Source of the DNA: Gammaproteobacteria bacterium
GTDB taxonomy: Bacteria; Pseudomonadota; Gammaproteobacteria; Eutrophobiales; Eutrophobiaceae
Reading direction: 5' to 3'
DNA: 64,000 bases
NCBI GenBank assembly: GCA_041556555.1
Contig: JBFFIE010000001.1
Location: forward strand, 64,671-128,670
Shown: positions 59,151-64,000 of the stretch, piece by piece
How the letters are laid out: every line of letters begins with the position of its first letter
How positions within the stretch are numbered: position 1 is the first letter of the stretch
Notes under the pieces: generated by a model
Databases searched by the model: none
What the model was told of the DNA's origin: nothing
Seen by the model: only the letters and a program-made list of their open reading frames with translations
Made by a program: the position numbers and the translations under genes

Positions 59151-59309
59151 CAAGAGACAAACAAATGAATATCAGGGATGAGAGAGAGTAGCTGCCAGTA
59201 TCAACACCGATGAGCCGGAGAGGCACCGGCACACTCGCGGAGAGGTCATGGCCGCAATCGGGTTGAGTTCTGGCAGTCTAATAAGCTGGCCAAGGTCGCC
59301 GGTTAATTA

Positions 59310-59900
59310 TTATTGCCAGCCCTGAACCTCGGCCATGTCCGGTAGTTCATGGGCAATGCCTTTATGGCAATCGATACAAGTCTTTTCGCCGGACTCCAAA
59401 CCACTTCTGTGCTCCTTTTCCGCACGCGGCGACTGGCGGGTGAAATCCATATATTGGAAATCATGGCAATTCCGGCATTCAAGAGAATCGTTGGCCTTTA
59501 ATCGATGCCATTCATGCTGCGCTAACTCCTTGCGCTTGGCCAGGAATTTCTCTCGTGTACTGATGGTACCGAAGATCTTGCCCCAAACTTCCTTAGAGGC
59601 CTGCATCTTTCTGGTGATCTTGTCCGTCCAGTTATGAGGCACATGACAGTCCGGACAGGTCGCACGAACACCGGATCCATTGGAATAGTGAATTGTGTAT
59701 TTCAATTCCTGATACAGATTATCGTTCATCTCATGGCAACTGATACAGAAGGCTTCTGTATTGGTCGCTTCCAGTGTCGTGTTAAAACCACCCCAGAAGA
59801 TGATCCCGGCAAGAAACCCGGCAATTACCAGGATACCCAGGCTGTAATACCGGCTCGGACTTTTAATCGTATGCCAGAGTTGTTTAAGCTTGTTAATCAT
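59310..59900 (-). CDS. napC: NapC/NirT-family membrane tetraheme cytochrome c
   Basis: An N-terminal TM helix plus four CxxCH motifs (CISCH, CPDCH, CRNCH, CIDCH). Confidence 0.9.
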   Translation of the reverse strand: MINKLKQLWHTIKSPSRYYSLGILVIAGFLAGIIFWGGFNTTLEATNTEAFCISCHEMNDNLYQELKYTIHYSNGSGVRATCPDCHVPHNWTDKITRKMQASKEVWGKIFGTISTREKFLAKRKELAQHEWHRLKANDSLECRNCHDFQYMDFTRQSPRAEKEHRSGLESGEKTCIDCHKGIAHELPDMAEVQGWQ

Positions 59901-59906
59901 AGGTAA

Positions 59907-60350
59907 TCAGGTCTTGTTTTTTTTACTGTCCAGAATGGCATCAATATCTTTAAAATCATTCTCTACCAATGGCCTCGCATCAATCTGCGAAACATGGCAT
60001 TGGTTACAAAAATAACGCCGGGGTGACACCTCCGCCAAAAAGTTCCCATCACGGTCCATATAATGCGTGACACTGACCATCGGCGCCTGCGATTCTTCGA
60101 CTCGTCGCCGGCTGTGACAGGACAAACATTTGTTACTGTTCAGGTCGATCTGATAGCCCGCTATCTTGTGTGGAATGGTTGGCGGTTGCATCGGATAGTT
60201 CCGTTTTCTTTTCATATCCTTGTTTTCTTCAACACCCATGCGTGGTGCATCAGGTTCAGTCGCGATGTCCGCTGAACGCATGGTTGCGATATTTTGTTCG
60301 GCCATAACGAACATCGGTATCAACAGGAAAAGTAATAGTAGTTTTTTCAT
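59907..60350 (-). CDS. napB: Periplasmic nitrate reductase diheme cytochrome c subunit
   Basis: The signal peptide starts at the ATG at 60350 (MKKLLLLFLLIPMFVMA). Two CxxCH motifs (CLSCH, CNQCH). Confidence 0.88.
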   Translation of the reverse strand: MKKLLLLFLLIPMFVMAEQNIATMRSADIATEPDAPRMGVEENKDMKRKRNYPMQPPTIPHKIAGYQIDLNSNKCLSCHSRRRVEESQAPMVSVTHYMDRDGNFLAEVSPRRYFCNQCHVSQIDARPLVENDFKDIDAILDSKKNKT

Positions 60351-60361
60351 AAGCAATGCCC

Positions 60362-62857
60362 TCACACGGCCCTGATCTTGACTGCACACTTTTTGAAATC
60401 GGTTTGTTTGGAGATCGGGTCAGTTGCGTCCAAGGTGACTTTATTTATTAATTGACTGGCATCAAACCAGGGGACAAATATCAGTCCGCGCGGTGGTTTG
60501 TTACGGCCCCGTGTTTCGACACGGGTACGAATACTGCCACGACGCGATTCCACGATGATCTCACTGCCACGTCTGACGCCAAGTTTGAATGCATCATCCG
60601 GGTGCATATAAGCAACGGCATCAGGAAATGATTTATATAACTCGGGGACGCGTTGCGTCATTGAACCGGAATGCCAATGTTCCAGGACACGACCTGTCGA
60701 CAGCCAAAAAGGATATTCCTCATCGGGCGATTCTGCCGCTGGCTCATACGGCAAGGCAAAGATATTGGCACGATTATCTTTATTGCCATAAAACTGGAAA
60801 CCGGTTCCGGCTTTAACATAAGGATCACTGCCTTCGCGAAAACGCCAGCGTGTTTCCTTGCCATTGACCACTGGCCAGCGAAGACCACGCGTTTCATGAT
60901 AAACATCGAAGTCGGCCAGATCATGCGCATGTCCGCGACCAAACTGTGCGTATTCTTCAAACAGGCCTTTCTGGATATAAAACCCAAAGTGTTCGGCCTC
61001 ACGGTTAATATTACCCTCTTCAATGTCCGAGTTAGGATACTTGTCCACCTGGCCATTCGTGTAAAGTACTTCGTACAGGGTCTTGCCCTTGTACTCGGGG
61101 TTCTTGTCCAGGATGTCCTTAGGCCAGACTTCATCGGTCTTGAAACGCTTGGAAAATTCAACAAGCTGCCAAAGATCGGACTTTGATTCACCCGGCGCAT
61201 CGACCATTTGATGCCAAAACTGGGTGCGGCGTTCTGCATTACCGTACGCGCCTTCCTTTTCCACCCACATCGCTGTTGGCAAAATCAGGTCCGCCGCCTG
61301 TGCAGTAACGGTCGGATAGGCATCAGACACAACAATAAAATTATCCGGGTTACGATAACCCGGATAACCTTCCTCATTCAGGTTAGGGGCGGCCTGCATA
61401 TTATTATTGGTCTGTACCCAATAGGCATTGAGCTTACCGTCTTTTAACATGCGGTTTTGTAACACAGCATGGTAACCGGGTTTGCCGGGAATAATACCTG
61501 CCGGCAACTTCCAGATTTTCTCAGCAATGTCGCGATGTTCTTTTTTATTCACGACCAGGTCAGCCGGTAAACGATGAGCAAAGGTGCCAACTTCACGTGC
61601 CGTACCACAGGCTGAGGGCTGCCCCGTTAATGAGAACGGGCTATTACCCGGTGTTGAAATCTTCCCGGTCAACAAATGAATATTGTAGATCAGATTATTA
61701 CACCAGACCCCACGGGTATGCTGATTAAAACCCATGGTCCAGAAAGAGGTTACCTTTGTATTGGGATCAGCATAAAGTTCAGCCAGCTTCTGTAATGTAT
61801 CTCGCGATACACCGGAGAGTTTTTCAACATAGTCTTCGTCATACTTTGCGACATACTGTGCAAACTCTTCAAAGCTGATAGGTTTTGAGCCTCCGGCCTT
61901 GTCGGAATTCTTCGCTGCCTTTTGCAAAGCATGCTCGGGACGCAGCCCGTAACCGATATCGTCGTTACCCAGTTTGAAATTAACATGTTTATCGACAAAC
62001 GCTTTATTGACCTTATTGTTCTTAATTATGTAGTTCGCAATATAATTGAGGATGGCTAGGTCGGTTTGTGGAGTAAATACCACAGGGACATCGGCCAGTT
62101 CAAAACAACGGTTCTCAAACGTCGATAACACGGCCACCTTGACATGCGGGGCACTCAAGCGACGATCAGTAACGCGAGTCCACAGTATCGGATGCATCTC
62201 CGCCATGTTAGATCCCCACAACACGAACGCATCTGCATTCTCGATATCGTCATAACACCCCATCGGTTCATCGATACCAAAGGTGCGTATGAAACCACCT
62301 ACGGCTGAGGCCATACAATGACGTGCATTGGGGTCGATATTGTTGGAACGAAAACCGGCCTTATACAATTTGGAAGCGGCATAACCTTCCCAAACAGTCC
62401 ATTGACCGGAGCCAAACATACCTACAGATGTCGGTCCTTTTTCTTTCAGGGCCTTTTTAAATTTTTCTTCCATGATGTCGAAGGCCTGGTCCCAACTTAC
62501 CGGGGTAAAATCACCTTCTTTATGGTATTTGCCATTCTTCATTCTCAACAACGGTGTTGTTAAGCGATCCTTGCCATACATGATCTTGGAAAGGAAATAT
62601 CCCTTTACACAATTCAGGCCTCGATTGACCTCGGATTTGATATCACCGTGTGTTGCCACGACTTTGCCGTCTTTGGTAGCAACATTGACACTGCAGCCGG
62701 TGCCGCAAAAGCGGCACGGGGCCTTGGCCCATTTGAGCCGGGTGTACTCGGAATCTGTTATTAAGTTGGTGGCGGTAACAGGAGCGGCAATCCCGGCTGC
62801 CATAGCTGCGGAACTGACCGCACTTGCCCGAATAAAATCACGACGTGTAATTTTCAT
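60362..62857 (-). CDS. napA: Periplasmic nitrate reductase catalytic subunit
   Basis: 831-aa ORF with a Tat signal ([13 protein letters not shown]), CRFCGTGC (Fe-S) and a typical NapA length and C-terminus. Confidence 0.95.
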   Translation of the reverse strand: MKITRRDFIRASAVSSAAMAAGIAAPVTATNLITDSEYTRLKWAKAPCRFCGTGCSVNVATKDGKVVATHGDIKSEVNRGLNCVKGYFLSKIMYGKDRLTTPLLRMKNGKYHKEGDFTPVSWDQAFDIMEEKFKKALKEKGPTSVGMFGSGQWTVWEGYAASKLYKAGFRSNNIDPNARHCMASAVGGFIRTFGIDEPMGCYDDIENADAFVLWGSNMAEMHPILWTRVTDRRLSAPHVKVAVLSTFENRCFELADVPVVFTPQTDLAILNYIANYIIKNNKVNKAFVDKHVNFKLGNDDIGYGLRPEHALQKAAKNSDKAGGSKPISFEEFAQYVAKYDEDYVEKLSGVSRDTLQKLAELYADPNTKVTSFWTMGFNQHTRGVWCNNLIYNIHLLTGKISTPGNSPFSLTGQPSACGTAREVGTFAHRLPADLVVNKKEHRDIAEKIWKLPAGIIPGKPGYHAVLQNRMLKDGKLNAYWVQTNNNMQAAPNLNEEGYPGYRNPDNFIVVSDAYPTVTAQAADLILPTAMWVEKEGAYGNAERRTQFWHQMVDAPGESKSDLWQLVEFSKRFKTDEVWPKDILDKNPEYKGKTLYEVLYTNGQVDKYPNSDIEEGNINREAEHFGFYIQKGLFEEYAQFGRGHAHDLADFDVYHETRGLRWPVVNGKETRWRFREGSDPYVKAGTGFQFYGNKDNRANIFALPYEPAAESPDEEYPFWLSTGRVLEHWHSGSMTQRVPELYKSFPDAVAYMHPDDAFKLGVRRGSEIIVESRRGSIRTRVETRGRNKPPRGLIFVPWFDASQLINKVTLDATDPISKQTDFKKCAVKIRAV

Positions 62858-63125
62858 TTGGCATTTCCTCGTTTAACAATTCATCTGCTTCATAATGATG
62901 GTAACAAAGACGTACCGACAAGACGCCTTCCCAGTTGTTTATGTCATCCATATAGGAAGTAAGCGCTGATTCGGAGTTAACCTCAACGACCAAAACAAAT
63001 TTGGCTTCTTCTTCCTTTCCATGACATTCTGCCTTTGGCAGTTGCTTTGCTTTATGCAAAACATTTTTCCAGTTCTCCGGCCTGGCATGAACAACCAAAC
63101 CGGCGATATGTGTTTCACTGGTCAT
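62838..63125 (-). CDS. napD: NapA chaperone NapD
   Basis: [18 protein letters not shown]...[12 protein letters not shown]...[15 protein letters not shown] is the NapD pattern. The start is taken at the ATG at 63125 (alternative 63140); the ORF-track start at 63272 would run through napF. Confidence 0.8.
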   Translation of the reverse strand: MTSETHIAGLVVHARPENWKNVLHKAKQLPKAECHGKEEEAKFVLVVEVNSESALTSYMDDINNWEGVLSVRLCYHHYEADELLNEEMPNENYTS

Positions 63126-63402
63126 TGGAAACACGCTCATTGCTGCTGATTGTGATGGCATTGACCGGACATGCCGGTATACATTCCCGGCAATGGGTGC
63201 ATTTGTCTTCGTCAATGGCAGGTAAACGAACCCCCATCTTTGTTTGCGTAAACACGATAGCCTGCTCATCACAAAAGTCCTTACAAGACTGACAATAGAC
63301 GCCCTTATGGTTCAGGCATTGCTGACTGATCCCGGTCCGATTGCGCCAACGCCCTCTAAGAAAGGCCCGGCGTCCTGGATCAACCCCTGTATTATGCTTC
63401 AT
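63115..63402 (-). CDS. napF: Short NapF-like ferredoxin
   Basis: 95-aa ORF with an N-terminal RRAFLRG. It has one CxxCxxCxxxCP motif (CTHCRECIPACP) plus CLNHKGVYCQSCKDFC. It lies between napE and napD. Confidence 0.7.
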   Translation of the reverse strand: MKHNTGVDPGRRAFLRGRWRNRTGISQQCLNHKGVYCQSCKDFCDEQAIVFTQTKMGVRLPAIDEDKCTHCRECIPACPVNAITISSNERVSNDQ

Positions 63403-63409
63403 GGTTCTC

Positions 63410-63562
63410 TTATCCTGTCGGCGGCCCCATAAAGAGCTGATAAAGCCAGGTCAATAAGCCATAACCGCCTACAATGGCAACGGCCATGGCGGGTGCTATA
63501 ACGCCGGTTAAAAACAGGAAGGCGTAAAGTTCCTTTTTCTGTTCAGTTTTTTCATCTGACAT
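63410..63562 (-). CDS. napE: NapE small membrane protein
   Basis: MSDEKTEQKKELYAFLFLTGVIAPAMAVAIVGGYGLLTWLYQLFMGPPTG matches the size, single TM helix and C-terminal pattern of NapE. The start is at the ATG at 63562. Confidence 0.7.
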   Translation of the reverse strand: MSDEKTEQKKELYAFLFLTGVIAPAMAVAIVGGYGLLTWLYQLFMGPPTG

Positions 63563-63794
63563 AAATATATGACCACTGTATATAAATCGGGCAAAGGCCC
63601 GGAATATGGATTTATTTTGCTTTTTTGTATTATGGGTCAGGAAGTATATCACTCCATAGTAATATCTTGGTGAATGACAAACCCAGCTTACGGCCTCCCT
63701 GAAAAAGGACGGCTATTGCTCCCTAAGCCCCTTTTATTGCTGAAAAATCCGGTTTGCAGATGCTAAATTATATCTTGATGAGAACAGAACCATC

Positions 63795-63808
63795 TTGACC
63801 TGGATCAA
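63795..63808. promoter_or_regulatory. FNR/CRP-family box upstream of the nap operon
   Basis: TTGACctggATCAA matches the FNR consensus TTGAT-N4-ATCAA at 9 of 10 half-site positions. It lies about 230 nt upstream of the napE ATG at 63562. Confidence 0.4.
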
Positions 63809-63830
63809 GAGAAAGCCAGCGTGTTTAAAG

Positions 63831-64000
63831 GTGTCGCAAAAGTTACCGAGGATGTGAATGAAGGTGTGGTCGTTGCCACGCTGGGCTATTGGCGCCAGCT
63901 CGACAAGGGCACGGTGAACATCACCAGTTCTGCCGAGTTTGTCGAAATGGGCAATGCACCGACATTCTTTGATAACCTGGTCCAGGTCGAAGCGGTAAAC
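63831..64000 (+). pseudogene. Orphan 3'-terminal fragment of a paralog of the molybdopterin oxidoreductase gene (runs off the window)
   Basis: 63831-63990 aligns without gaps to 58981-59140, with 24 mismatches in 160 nt by hand count. It translates to VAKVTEDVNEGVVVATLGYWRQLDKGTVNITSSAEFVEMGNAPTFFDNLVQVE, against VAKVTDDVNEGVCVATLGYWRQLNKGTVNITSSAEFCEMGNAPTFFDNLVQVE. An in-frame TGA lies just upstream, and I saw no homology to the rest of the gene upstream of 63821. Confidence 0.6.

Noticed and set aside
1-64000. CRISPR arrays, tRNA/rRNA genes, IS elements, integrases other than xerD, and toxin-antitoxin or defence islands
   Set aside because: I scanned intergenic regions and ORF translations. 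There are no spaced direct repeats, cloverleaf-like segments, or transposase/DDE or phage-integrase signatures. XerD is in its normal housekeeping context.

Overview
This 64-kb chromosomal window reads like a gammaproteobacterial-type methylotroph. I saw no rRNA, tRNA, CRISPR array, transposase or phage genes. The content from left to right is as follows. (1) Miscellaneous envelope and transport genes plus an atypical PQQ-dehydrogenase-like lipoprotein (1-7.6 kb). (2) Housekeeping genes: rpsP-rimM-trmD-rplS, ogt, xerD, dsbC and waaA (7.7-14.7 kb). (3) A lanthanide-type xoxF cluster: a SoxYZ-like carrier, xoxF, a pseudoazurin where xoxG is normally found, a xoxJ-like binding protein and a secreted unknown (15.3-21.4 kb). 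(4) A long minus-strand C1-oxidation block (21.4-37.7 kb). It holds a classical fhcBADC formyltransferase/hydrolase operon translationally coupled to an NAD-type formate dehydrogenase (fdsBA). Next to it is a second paralogous cluster, FwdD-FwdB-FwdA-Ftr-FwdC, followed by a 7Fe ferredoxin and an FprA-type ferredoxin-NADP reductase. In the second cluster the B subunit keeps the Mo/W active-site Cys-His and Arg, which are Ala-Ala and Gly in the classical FhcB, and a FwdD subunit is present. I consider this the most interesting signal: a candidate genuine redox-active bacterial formylmethanofuran dehydrogenase. (5) An H4MPT/methylofuran island: mptG, mtdB, mch, fae, pabB, three ATP-grasp ligases, and CitG-, HisA-, MfnE- and MfnF-like genes (37.9-49.3 kb). 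(6) mltF and a Pseudomonas-type nrdAB with tandem NrdR boxes. (7) A cytoplasmic molybdopterin oxidoreductase of unknown substrate, then a napEFDABC operon. An orphan, roughly 85 percent identical copy of the 3' end of that oxidoreductase gene lies on the far side of the nap operon. All functional calls come from reading the translated ORFs against remembered family signatures; no database search was possible.
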